The notes: generated from the letters alone by a model not told the origin. A DNA stretch of 64,000 bases from an uncultured Pseudomonadales bacterium (GCA_964601735.1 CAZROO010000006.1:1198-65197); one strand, 5' to 3'. Counted from the first letter of the stretch, positions 45,785-54,384 are shown. A program made the numbers and translations.

Positions 45785-46193
45785 AGCCCACTCTGACCCA
45801 AGTAAGCCTGAACCGAAAGAGGCTCGGCACCCCGCTGCAGAAGGGGGACTGTTCCCACCTTCCGGCAAGACCCCGGCCTTCGCCGGGACGCCGTTCTTTT
45901 TATACCCGCGCACGTTTTCGCATCGTCTGCGCGCCACACCTGCATCACCGGCGCGCGTTTTAACCCCCAAAACCGACACCAATGCGCCATCAAACCGACA
46001 GCCGTGAACCACTCGCGCACACCCCCTAAGTGGCTGCCCCGCAACGCTTTTCCATCCCAACCTTGTGTCCATTTTTATAATGCATACAATATGTAGATTG
46101 CCGCTTTTTCAAAATTTACTCCGTCATGCCACCCCTTTTGGGGGTAGGCATCCACGGGGGTGCCCTTCGCGGCTACGCCGCTGCGGGCAATCG

Positions 46194-46290
46194 CAACCTC
46201 TGCCTCCGGCACGGTTGCAAGCCTCTCGCGCTACGCGCCTGGCGACCCCTTATGAAGTCCGCCTTCGGCGGAAAACGCCCGCTACGCGTC
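46194..46290 (+). repeat. Dispersed ~95-nt repeat, copy 2
   Basis: See 40180..40272. Lies in the hfq-hflX spacer. Confidence 0.65.
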
Positions 46291-46292
46291 GC

Positions 46293-46354
46293 AAACAAAT
46301 GGCCCCTCTTCGGGGCCATTTGTTTGGGAATAAACGCTCTTGCGTTTATTCCCC
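46293..46354 (-). terminator. Tandem hairpins after hfq (second is terminator-like)
   Basis: Minus strand: GGGGAATAAACGCaagaGCGTTTATTCCC overlaps the hfq stop, then AAACAAATGGCCCCgaagaGGGGCCATTTGTTT. Confidence 0.65.
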
Positions 46355-46597
46355 GCCCATGACGTCGAAAATCTGGAAGCTGTCCTGCGGCATGATGGTG
46401 GCAATCGCATGGCGCATCACCAGCTGAGTCACGCCGTCGCGACTCAGCGTCAGGCAATCGCTGTCGTTCCAGGTCAGGCTGCCGGAGAGCTTCACGCCGT
46501 TGGTCAAAAACACGGTCACCGGCGCATGGCCCTTAATCAGGTGGGCGATAAAGCTGTCGAACAGCGGTTTGTTGCCAACGCGGGCAGGTGCGGCCAT
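46346..46597 (-). CDS. hfq: RNA chaperone Hfq (divergent)
   Basis: 83 aa. APVTVFLTNGVKLSGSL...LVMRHAIATIMP matches Sm1/Sm2 (VTIFL.NG.KL.G ... YKHAISTI). Sits in the ntrYX...hflX context. Confidence 0.8.
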   Translation of the reverse strand: MAAPARVGNKPLFDSFIAHLIKGHAPVTVFLTNGVKLSGSLTWNDSDCLTLSRDGVTQLVMRHAIATIMPQDSFQIFDVMGGE

Positions 46598-46770
46598 CAG
46601 CGGCTCCGTTCTTCTTTTTCTTCTATCCCAGCCCCGTTCTTAAGAATCTTCTGGCCGTGGTTAATTCATAATTTACCCAAAAAACCCGTATACCGCCAGT
46701 AGTTAAAACCCTTAGTCGCCACCCCCGTGGCCTTACTGCAATGCCCGTCATTTTTCTGCTTCCCCGTTCC

Positions 46771-47137
46771 GCCCCATTCCCGCGCAGGCGGGAATCCAGT
46801 AATTTAAATCTATGAAGCAACGAGGTGCCTATGTTTACATTCTCGCCAGTAAGCGAAACGGCACACTTTACATTGGATTTGCCCACGATTTGGCGGTAAG
46901 ACTCTACCAGCACGAAACTGGTGAAGGTAGTGAATTTGTCGAAAAATACGGTGTTTTCATGCTGGTTTATTATGAATATTTCGAGTACGCCCAAGAGGCC
47001 ATTAAACGCGAAACGCGGTTGAAGAAGTGGAACCGTGAGTGGAAAATTCGACTGATTGAGGAGATGAACCCTGAATGGAAAGATTTAAGGGCTGCGCTGA
47101 ATAATTGACTGGATTCCCGCCTGCGCGGGAATGGGGC
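46771..47137 (+). mobile_element. GIY-YIG ORF cassette bracketed by a perfect 29-bp inverted repeat
   Basis: Left GCCCCATTCCCGCGCAGGCGGGAATCCAG (46771..46799) is the exact reverse complement of right CTGGATTCCCGCCTGCGCGGGAATGGGGC (47109..47137). The right copy begins 1 nt after the ORF stop. Flanks are visibly lower in GC. Confidence 0.5.
46812..47108 (+). CDS. GIY-YIG nuclease family protein (small stand-alone)
   Basis: 98 aa: GAYVYILASKRNGTLYIGFAHDLAVRLYQHE...RETRLKKW. GIY (YVY) and YIG motifs plus the conserved Arg/Glu region. Confidence 0.85.
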   Translation: MKQRGAYVYILASKRNGTLYIGFAHDLAVRLYQHETGEGSEFVEKYGVFMLVYYEYFEYAQEAIKRETRLKKWNREWKIRLIEEMNPEWKDLRAALNN

Positions 47138-47308
47138 AGTTATTTATTCGGACAATACATAGCGTACACCAAGCCCAATCAACCATAGAGCAACGGCAAA
47201 GGGAGCTGAAAGTATCCATCAGGTACTACCCCAAAATCCATCAGTCTCTGTATGGATAAAATAAGCGGTTAGAGTAGCAAAACTAAGGCAGCTAAACTGG
47301 AAAGCCCC

Positions 47309-47350
47309 CAATAAATAACGTTACCGAGCCTTTGGTAACACGCTTTTTTG
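47309..47350. terminator. Bidirectional terminator after ntrX (-) / GIY-YIG region (+)
   Basis: GTTACCgagcctttGGTAAC, with TTATTTATT on the minus-strand side and cgcTTTTTTg on the plus-strand side. Confidence 0.6.
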
Positions 47351-47356
47351 CTTTCC

Positions 47357-48700
47357 CTACATAATCGGCCCTTCAACCCGCGCATCCACACCAAGGCTTT
47401 TCAGCTTGCGGTGCAGCGCGCTGCGCTCCATGCCCACAAAGTCCGCCGTGCGGCTCACGTTACCGTTAAAGCGCATCAGCTGGCTGGTCAGGTAGTTCTT
47501 CTCGAACAGCTCGCGGGCCTGGCGCAGCGGCATGGCCACCGCGGTTTCCATCACGTTGCTGGCCACCATGTCGCCGCGGGTCAGTTCCGGCGGCAGCATT
47601 TCGGGGTTAATGGTTTGCCCGGCGTGCATGATAATCAGCCATTCGCACAGATTCTTGAGCTGGCGGATGTTGCCCGGCCACGGGTAGCTAGTCAAAATCG
47701 CCATGGTTGCGGGCGCAATCTTGGGCTGCGCGGCGGCGTCCGGCGCCATCACCTTCAAAAAGTGCTGCACCAGCGTCGGAATGTCCACGCTGCGGTCGCG
47801 CAGCGCGGGCAGCGGCAGCGGCACCACGGCCACGCGGTAGAACAGGTCGGCGCGGAACTTGTTCTGCTCGATCATGCCCTTCAGGTCTTTGCTGGTGCTG
47901 GAGATCACGCGCACGTCAGCTTCCATGGGGATGCCGGTATGCGGGTCGGGAATCGTCCCTTCCTGCAAAAACTTCAGCAGGCGGGCCTGCATCGCTGGGG
48001 TCAGGTCGGCAATCTCGTCGAGGAACAGCGAACCGCCCTTGCCCTGGCTCACCATGCTGGCCAGCGTCAGTTCAAAGGTCTGGTCGCTCACGGCACCCGG
48101 GGCCATGATTACGAACGGACGGTCGGCGCGGCGACTGCCCTTGTGCACCAGGCGGGCGGCGATTTCCTTGCCGCTGCCGGGTTCACCCTGGATCAGGATA
48201 CGGCTTTCGCCCGCCGCCACCTGCTTGATGGTCTGGCGCACAGTGGCAATCTCACTCGAAATCCCCAGCAGTTCCTGCACTTCACCACCCTTGGCGCGGA
48301 GCAGGTAGTTTTCCTTGCGCAACTGGGCCTCGCGGATAGCACGGCTCACGGTCAGCAGCAAACGCTCCACACTCGGCGGCTTCTCGATAAAATCATAGGC
48401 GCCCTTCTGGGTCGCCTGCACGGCGGTTTCGATGGTACCGTGTCCCGAAATCATAATCACGGGAAGTTCCGGCACGCGGCGCTTGATGCGACCCAGCACT
48501 TCCAGGCCGTCCATGCCTTCCATCCAGATGTCCAGCAACACCAGGTGCGGCAACTTCTGGCTCATCATTTCCAGCGCCTGCTGGCCGCTTTCGGCCACGC
48601 GTACGTTATAACCGTCGTCCTCCAGAATCCCCGCGAGGGCGGTACGCACCTCGGTTTCGTCATCAACTACCAGAATGTCGTGACTGACCTGACTTGCCAT
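47357..48700 (-). CDS. ntrX: Response regulator NtrX (REC + AAA+ + HTH, lacks GAFTGA)
   Basis: Start re-picked at MASQVSHDILVVDDETEVR, with AAGGGGGA upstream. GEPGSGKE Walker A and GGSLFLDEI. No GAFTGA loop. C-terminal Fis-type HTH. Confidence 0.9.
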   Translation of the reverse strand: MASQVSHDILVVDDETEVRTALAGILEDDGYNVRVAESGQQALEMMSQKLPHLVLLDIWMEGMDGLEVLGRIKRRVPELPVIMISGHGTIETAVQATQKGAYDFIEKPPSVERLLLTVSRAIREAQLRKENYLLRAKGGEVQELLGISSEIATVRQTIKQVAAGESRILIQGEPGSGKEIAARLVHKGSRRADRPFVIMAPGAVSDQTFELTLASMVSQGKGGSLFLDEIADLTPAMQARLLKFLQEGTIPDPHTGIPMEADVRVISSTSKDLKGMIEQNKFRADLFYRVAVVPLPLPALRDRSVDIPTLVQHFLKVMAPDAAAQPKIAPATMAILTSYPWPGNIRQLKNLCEWLIIMHAGQTINPEMLPPELTRGDMVASNVMETAVAMPLRQARELFEKNYLTSQLMRFNGNVSRTADFVGMERSALHRKLKSLGVDARVEGPIM

Positions 48701-50954
48701 TACGTTTCCCCCTTGAACCTTTAACCTTGTTGTCTTTTTTGTCCGTCGGCACCGGGGCATTAAACAGCCCGGGCAGAGTCAACTCCACCGCGGCGCCCCC
48801 TTCCGGCCGGCGCATCAGGCGGGCGCGGCCTTCGTGTTCTTCCATCACGCGCCGTACCATCGCCAACCCCAGGCCAGTACCGCCCTTGCGTGTGGTCACG
48901 TAAGGGTCGAACAAGTGCTCTTCCTCAACATCGGGCGGCAGCCCTTTGCCGTTATCAAGCACCGTGACCGAGAGCTTATCAGATTGTGGCTTTTTGACAA
49001 CAACCTCAATGTGTCCCGCCGGCAACTCGGTGCCTGCTTTAGGAGCACCTCTTTCCTCAATTGCGTGGGTCGCATTTTCAAGCAGATTAACCAGTACACG
49101 GTTGACCAATTGTCCGCGGTCGGCCTGCACAATCTCTTCACCGGGGTGTAGCAGATTCTTCACTTCAAACGTGATTTTCGGCGCCTTGGCACGCTGGATG
49201 CCGACCGCCTCCCCGACGATATCGACAAGGTTCTCTTCCTTGCGAATCGCCCCCGGCAGGCGCGCGAATTCGGAGAACTCGTTGGTCATGCGGCGCATGT
49301 CCTCGGCCTGGTCGATGATGGTGGTGGTGAGCTCCTTGTAGAGCTTCTGGTCGGCCTCGGGAATATGGATGAAATACTTGCGCTGCAAGCGCTCGGCACT
49401 CAGCTTGATGGGCGTGAGCGGGTTCTTGATTTCGTGCGCCAGGCGCCGTGCCACGTCGCGCCAGGCCGCCAGGCGCTGTGCGCCGATGAGCGGAGTAATA
49501 TCGTCAAAAGTCAGCACCACGCCACCGGCCTTGCCGCCCTCCACATACTGCGGCACCAGCCGCACCTGCAACATGCGGACGCCACCGTTGGGCATATCCA
49601 CTTTCAATTCATGTTCTTCCAGCCCGCGCGGCGCCAGCAAGGTTTTATTGGCCAGTTCGCCCAGCGCGGGTACGGCCTTGTCCAGAATCAGACCTTTTTT
49701 AAGGCTCAGCAGCCGTTCAGCCCCGGCATTGGCCAACTGCACCACGCCACGTTCGTCTATACGCACCACGCCCGCGGTCACGCCGGTCAGCACCGCTTCC
49801 ATCTGGCGGCGGCGTTCGTCGAGTTCGTTGTTCTTGCGCTCCAGCAAATCGCGGTTGTGCAGCAGTTGCTGCGCCATGCGGTTGAAGGCCTGGGTGAGCA
49901 CGCCCAGTTCGTCATCGGCGCGAGGCACCAGGCGCACGTCGTATTCGCCCGCGCTCACCTGGTTGGTGGCCTGCACCAGCGCGGTTACCGGCTGCACAAT
50001 CCGGTTGGCCAGCCGCAGGCCTGTCCAGCTCGCGCCCGCCAGGCCACCCAGGCCGAGCATCACCAAAAACAATGTCGCCAGTGTGCGGATATGCCCGCGC
50101 TGCTCCCGCAGCTTGAAGTACTCCTGATACGCCGCATTGGTCTGGTCCACCCGCGCCAGCACGGCCGGGTTAATCGTCTGCTGCCCGGCCAGCCATACGT
50201 CGTTGTGCAGCGGCGCCAATGCTAAAACCTGCCCGCTGTTCTGGGCGCGGAACACCACCGGCGCTGGCAGCGGCGAGTCCATCGCCGCCAGGGCTTCCGA
50301 AGGCAGGTTCACCGTGCCGTAACCACCGCTGGCCAGAATGCGCCCGTGGTCGTCCACCAGAGCCAGAATGTCGAGATTTTTGCTCGCCGCTTCCTCGTTC
50401 AGCCAGCGGCGCAGGCTCTGCTGGTCGAGCAGCATCGGGTCGCGCCAGCCGGTGTCGCGGCTCAAGGCTTCCACTTCCAGCAGCAGGCCGCGCTGGTGTT
50501 CGTCAAGGTAGGCGGTGGCGGCCTGCAGGCTGCCTTCCAGCGCGCTGGTCACCTTGCCGCTAAACCAGCTTTCCACACCCTGATTGAGCAGATACACTGC
50601 CAGCAGCGTCACGCAAATGGCGGGCACGATGGCGAGGAAACTGAAAATCGCCAGCAACCGGATATGCAACCGCCCGCCAGCCAGCCGCCCGCGCCTGTCC
50701 AGAAACATCACCAGCACCTTGCGGCCCACGTAGAGCACAAGGAAGGTCATCAGGATCACATTGGCGTCAATCAGCGCCAGGTAAGCCGGGCCTGACAAAT
50801 CCGGTTGGACGATACCGAGTACAATCACCGCCAGCACTACCAGCAGACTTAAACCGGCGGCCCCGAAAATGCCGAATTTGGCCATACGGTAAATCGGCGA
50901 TTGCTGCCCCTTGGGCCGCCGCCGGTCCACCATCCCCGCCATCAGTTCCGTCAT
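48663..50954 (-). CDS. ntrY: Sensor histidine kinase NtrY
   Basis: 763 aa with N-terminal TMs, HAMP and PAS. H-box HEIKNPLTPI and an ATPase domain (N and G boxes). 3' end overlaps the ntrX start by 38 nt. Confidence 0.9.
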   Translation of the reverse strand: MTELMAGMVDRRRPKGQQSPIYRMAKFGIFGAAGLSLLVVLAVIVLGIVQPDLSGPAYLALIDANVILMTFLVLYVGRKVLVMFLDRRGRLAGGRLHIRLLAIFSFLAIVPAICVTLLAVYLLNQGVESWFSGKVTSALEGSLQAATAYLDEHQRGLLLEVEALSRDTGWRDPMLLDQQSLRRWLNEEAASKNLDILALVDDHGRILASGGYGTVNLPSEALAAMDSPLPAPVVFRAQNSGQVLALAPLHNDVWLAGQQTINPAVLARVDQTNAAYQEYFKLREQRGHIRTLATLFLVMLGLGGLAGASWTGLRLANRIVQPVTALVQATNQVSAGEYDVRLVPRADDELGVLTQAFNRMAQQLLHNRDLLERKNNELDERRRQMEAVLTGVTAGVVRIDERGVVQLANAGAERLLSLKKGLILDKAVPALGELANKTLLAPRGLEEHELKVDMPNGGVRMLQVRLVPQYVEGGKAGGVVLTFDDITPLIGAQRLAAWRDVARRLAHEIKNPLTPIKLSAERLQRKYFIHIPEADQKLYKELTTTIIDQAEDMRRMTNEFSEFARLPGAIRKEENLVDIVGEAVGIQRAKAPKITFEVKNLLHPGEEIVQADRGQLVNRVLVNLLENATHAIEERGAPKAGTELPAGHIEVVVKKPQSDKLSVTVLDNGKGLPPDVEEEHLFDPYVTTRKGGTGLGLAMVRRVMEEHEGRARLMRRPEGGAAVELTLPGLFNAPVPTDKKDNKVKGSRGKRNGKSGQSRHSGS

Positions 50955-51088
50955 TACCCTCAGCTATACCGCACCTCTGCCCCTGTCGTCACTCAATCTG
51001 CTTTCCGGGCAGGCCACCGTGTCGTATACAACACGTGCTCCCTATTAATCGAAAGCCCCATACAAACCGGGCCTTTCATATAGTTCCT

Positions 51089-51104
51089 CGCGTGCGCGCA
51101 CGCG
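51089..51104. promoter_or_regulatory. Perfect 16-bp palindrome upstream of the topA promoter
   Basis: CGCGTGCGCGCACGCG, followed by further TACGCGTA and CCTGCacacGCAGG dyads. Confidence 0.3.
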
Positions 51105-51149
51105 TACACCTACCTACGCGTATGCGCCTGCACACGCAGGTAAACCCCA

Positions 51150-51178
51150 TTGACACAACAACTTTTGCCGTCCATTTT
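51150..51178 (+). promoter_or_regulatory. Putative sigma-70 promoter giving a leaderless or near-leaderless topA mRNA
   Basis: TTGACA (51150..51155), 17-nt spacer, CATTTT (51173..51178). The ATG at 51187 is 8 nt after the -10 element. No SD upstream of the ATG. Confidence 0.35.
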
Positions 51179-51186
51179 CCGCCCCA

Positions 51187-53475
51187 ATGCAAAATTCAGT
51201 CGTCATCGTCGAAAGTCCCGCCAAAGCCAAAACCATCGAAGGTTACCTGGGCAAGGGTTATACCGTGCTGGCCAGCTTTGGCCACATCCGCGACCTCCCC
51301 AGCAAGGAAGGCGCGGTGGAGCCCGATAACGACTTCGCCATGCACTACCGGGTGAGCCCGGACAGCGAAAAGCACGTCAAGGCTATCATGTCGGCGCTCA
51401 AAAAGGCCGACACCCTCTACCTCGCAACCGACTTGGACCGCGAAGGGGAAGCTATTTCCTGGCACGTGTGGCAGGTGATTAAAGAACGAGACCCCAAGCT
51501 GGCCGCCAAGCTCAACGTTCACCGCATCGAGTTCGACGAAATCACCAAGTCGGCCATCCAGCACGCCGTGGCCCACCCGCGCGAACTGGCGCTGAACCTG
51601 GTGGACGCCCAACAGGCCCGCCGTGCGCTCGACTATCTCGTCGGGTTCACGCTCAGCCCGGTGCTGTGGCGCAAGGTCAAAACCGGACTTAGTGCTGGCC
51701 GCGTACAAAGCGTGGCGCTGCGCCTGATCTGCGAACGCGAAGACGCGATTGAAGCGTTTAAAGCCGACGAATACTGGACCATCCACGGCGCGTTCAGCAC
51801 GCCCAAGGGCGCGGCCCTGCCCGCCAACCTGGCGGTGTATGGCGGCACCAAGGTCGAAAAATTCTCGTTCAAGACCGAGGCCGAATCCACCGCCGCCACC
51901 AACGCGCTCACCCCGCCCAAGTACACGGTAACCGACGTTGAAAAGAGCCCGCGCAACCGCTACCCGGCGGCCCCTTTCACCACCAGCACCCTGCAACAGG
52001 AAGCCTCGCGCAAGCTCAGCTTTGGCGCCAAGCGCACCATGATGGCCGCGCAGCGCCTGTACGAAGCCGGGCACATCACCTACATGCGTACCGACTCGGT
52101 CAACCTGGCCACCGAGGCGGTCAATAAAATCCGTGCCGCAATTTCCAAATTTTACCCGGACGCCCTGCCCAACAGCCCGCTCAGCTACAAGAGCAAGCAA
52201 AAGAACGCGCAGGAAGCCCACGAAGCCATCCGTCCCACCGATGCCTTTGCGCGCCCCGGCAGCTTACGGCTGGAAGCCGACCAGGCCCGTCTCTACGAGC
52301 TCATCTGGCAACGCACCGTGGCCTGCCAAATGGCGCCCGCGCAAATGGAACAAACCGTCATCACCATTGGCGAGCCCAGCGGCCAGCACCAGTTCCGCGC
52401 CACCGGCAGTGTGGTGGTCATGCCCGGCTTCCTCAGCGTGTACCGCGAGGGCGTGGACGATGCCGCCGCTGATGACGACGACAAGATCCTCCCCGCCGTG
52501 CAAAAAGGCGATGTGCTGCAAACCGTTTCCATCACCGGCGACCAGCACTTCACCGAGCCGCCGCCGCGCTTCTCGGAAGCCTCGCTGGTCAAGGCACTGG
52601 AAGAACACGAGATCGGCCGCCCCAGTACATATGCCAGCATTATCAGTACTTTGCAGGATAGAGGTTATGTAAGAATTGAACAGCGCCGTTTCTTCCCCGA
52701 AGACGTGGGCCGTATCGTCAACAAGTTCCTCTCCACGCACTTCAACGAGTACATTAACGTCAAGTTCACCGCCGCGATGGAAGACGACCTAGACGCCATC
52801 GCGCGCGGCGAGCACGACTGGAAGCCAACGCTGCGCCAGTTCTGGAAGCCATTCAAAAAGCAGGTCGATGAAAAAGCCGAGACCGTGCAAAAGGCCGACA
52901 TGTTCGAGCCCACCGGCGAAAAATGCCCCGAGTGCGGCGAAGGTGATTTGATCTGGCGCCTGTCGCGCTTCGGCCGCAAGTTCAAGGGCTGCAACCGCTA
53001 CCCGGATTGCACCTATATTGAAAAAACCGGCCCCGCCGCCGCAGGGCCGGAGCTGATGGGCATCCAATGCCCCAAGTGCGGCCCTCATGGTGGGGGGGGC
53101 GAGATCGCCAAACGTGTCAGCCGCCGCGGCAAGGTCTTCTACAGCTGCAGTACCTGGCCCAAGTGTGACTACGCGCTGTGGGATGAACCGGTCAACCAGC
53201 CCTGCCCCAAGTGCCACTGGCCGCTCATCGTTAAAAAGCAGAGCAAAAAGTTCGGTGAATGGCACAAGTGCACCCAGCCCGACTGCGGCTGGAACGACAA
53301 TGCCGAAGCCGCGGCCATGAACGCCGCCTTTGCCGCGCGCTTTAAAAAACGTTTTGCCGCCAAGGATGGCGACGCCGCCGCCCCAGCCAAGGGCGCTAAA
53401 GCCAAGGCCGCGCCCAAGGCAAAAGCCGCCGCTAAAAAAGCACCTGCCAAAAAGCCCGCAGCGAAAAAGAAATAG
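51187..53475 (+). CDS. topA: DNA topoisomerase I
   Basis: 762 aa. TOPRIM start VVIVESPAKAKTIEGYLG, active-site region ITYMRTDS, C-terminal CxxC zinc ribbons and a Lys/Ala-rich tail. Confidence 0.95.
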   Translation: MQNSVVIVESPAKAKTIEGYLGKGYTVLASFGHIRDLPSKEGAVEPDNDFAMHYRVSPDSEKHVKAIMSALKKADTLYLATDLDREGEAISWHVWQVIKERDPKLAAKLNVHRIEFDEITKSAIQHAVAHPRELALNLVDAQQARRALDYLVGFTLSPVLWRKVKTGLSAGRVQSVALRLICEREDAIEAFKADEYWTIHGAFSTPKGAALPANLAVYGGTKVEKFSFKTEAESTAATNALTPPKYTVTDVEKSPRNRYPAAPFTTSTLQQEASRKLSFGAKRTMMAAQRLYEAGHITYMRTDSVNLATEAVNKIRAAISKFYPDALPNSPLSYKSKQKNAQEAHEAIRPTDAFARPGSLRLEADQARLYELIWQRTVACQMAPAQMEQTVITIGEPSGQHQFRATGSVVVMPGFLSVYREGVDDAAADDDDKILPAVQKGDVLQTVSITGDQHFTEPPPRFSEASLVKALEEHEIGRPSTYASIISTLQDRGYVRIEQRRFFPEDVGRIVNKFLSTHFNEYINVKFTAAMEDDLDAIARGEHDWKPTLRQFWKPFKKQVDEKAETVQKADMFEPTGEKCPECGEGDLIWRLSRFGRKFKGCNRYPDCTYIEKTGPAAAGPELMGIQCPKCGPHGGGGEIAKRVSRRGKVFYSCSTWPKCDYALWDEPVNQPCPKCHWPLIVKKQSKKFGEWHKCTQPDCGWNDNAEAAAMNAAFAARFKKRFAAKDGDAAAPAKGAKAKAAPKAKAAAKKAPAKKPAAKKK

Positions 53476-53481
53476 CCTCAT

Positions 53482-53513
53482 AAAAAGCGCCCCGGTCACC
53501 CGGGGCGTTTTTT
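53482..53513. terminator. Bidirectional rho-independent terminator
   Basis: aaaaaGCGCCCCGGtcaCCCGGGGCGtttttt. Confidence 0.85.
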
Positions 53514-53521
53514 CTAATTAA

Positions 53522-53851
53522 TTAGGTGGGTACAGCCACCTTCATAGAAACATGCGGCCCGTCCAACGGCCCATCATCATCGAAGGTCATCAGGCATGAA
53601 ACGACATACCCTCGCCCCATGATATCCAGCATCAGCTGCCTGCACAGACCCGTGCTTAGATATGCGATTGCTTCGTTATGTGAAGCCGCATCTGCCATGA
53701 GCTCAACCTCCCCTTCACCGAGCTTCTGCTGCTTTTTCAGCATCTGACGCCGCAGTTCAGTATCAATTCGCTCGAAAGCATCCAGTTCATCTTCCGAAAT
53801 TAAGGAATCGGACTTGGGAGCAAGTTGCAATTGATCAGACCATGTCGTCAT
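53522..53851 (-). CDS. Hypothetical small protein (ORFan, lower-GC)
   Basis: Start re-picked at MTTWSDQLQL, with GGAGGA 7 nt upstream. 109 aa, no motif recognised. Confidence 0.5.
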   Translation of the reverse strand: MTTWSDQLQLAPKSDSLISEDELDAFERIDTELRRQMLKKQQKLGEGEVELMADAASHNEAIAYLSTGLCRQLMLDIMGRGYVVSCLMTFDDDGPLDGPHVSMKVAVPT

Positions 53852-53901
53852 AACCGTTCCTCCAGATGAATCAGCCCGGAATGGGCCTGTCAAAACCAGA
53901 T

Positions 53902-53937
53902 ATAGGACAAGGCACTGTTTTTACAAGCCTTGCCTAT
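53902..53937. promoter_or_regulatory. Operator-like imperfect palindrome in the divergent intergenic region
   Basis: ATAGGACAAGGC -N13- GCCTTGCCTAT, between the divergent genes 53851(-) and 54041(+). Confidence 0.3.
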
Positions 53938-54040
53938 AAACCAGGCAATCCAACTTCGCATAAAACAACCCCCGTTTTCTTATCGCGATTTTAGGCCACC
54001 CCGGCTACCTTCTCCGCGTAACGTAAGGAGGACAACAACA

Positions 54041-54322
54041 ATGCCCAGCCGTACACCGTACACCGACCTGCTGCACAATCGTGGCGCGCTCATCACCCGT
54101 CACCCGCTGCCGGAAGGCGACGAGCACCCTTTCGGCACGGTCACCGATGACGACATCGACGCTCTCGAAAACGAGGTCTTTGAGCGCGAGGATGACCGCG
54201 AGGTACTGATGCCGGTGGAGGACATCGACAATGTGCTGTACCTTAACGAGGACGACGTCGCCGACGGCGACGAGTCGCAGGAATGGCAGGTTTCGCAAAC
54301 CGAGCGTGGCGTCAACGCCTGA
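54041..54322 (+). CDS. Hypothetical small, highly acidic protein (ORFan)
   Basis: Start re-picked at MPSRTPYTDLL, with AAGGAGG 9 nt upstream. 93 aa and very Asp/Glu-rich (DDDIDALENEVFEREDDRE..., EDDVADGDESQE). Confidence 0.5.
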   Translation: MPSRTPYTDLLHNRGALITRHPLPEGDEHPFGTVTDDDIDALENEVFEREDDREVLMPVEDIDNVLYLNEDDVADGDESQEWQVSQTERGVNA

Positions 54323-54360
54323 TCAAGGATCAGAGGCGAGAGGGTCAGAGGATAAGAGGA

Positions 54361-54384
54361 AAAGCGGCCCGTCCGGGCCGCTTT
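54361..54384. terminator. Bidirectional terminator
   Basis: aaaGCGGCCCgtcCGGGCCGCttt, preceded by a GAGGnnn heptad tract at 54326..54360. Confidence 0.75.

Noticed and set aside
45785-46072. 96-aa N-terminal extension of hflX. Similar over-extensions occur for bamB (5144..5416), accC (26598..26690), bamE (32623..32742), ntrX (48701..48760) and murA (39743..39811).
   Set aside because: The extensions lack similarity to the respective families, run through repeats or intergenic signals, and internal starts match canonical N-termini, often with an SD.
47138-47356. Small ORFs in the low-GC stretch right of the GIY-YIG cassette, for example a 44-aa minus-strand ORF reading through the repeat as ...IPAQAGIQ....
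   Set aside because: The peptide is largely a translation of the palindromic repeat. There is no SD and no coding-like composition.
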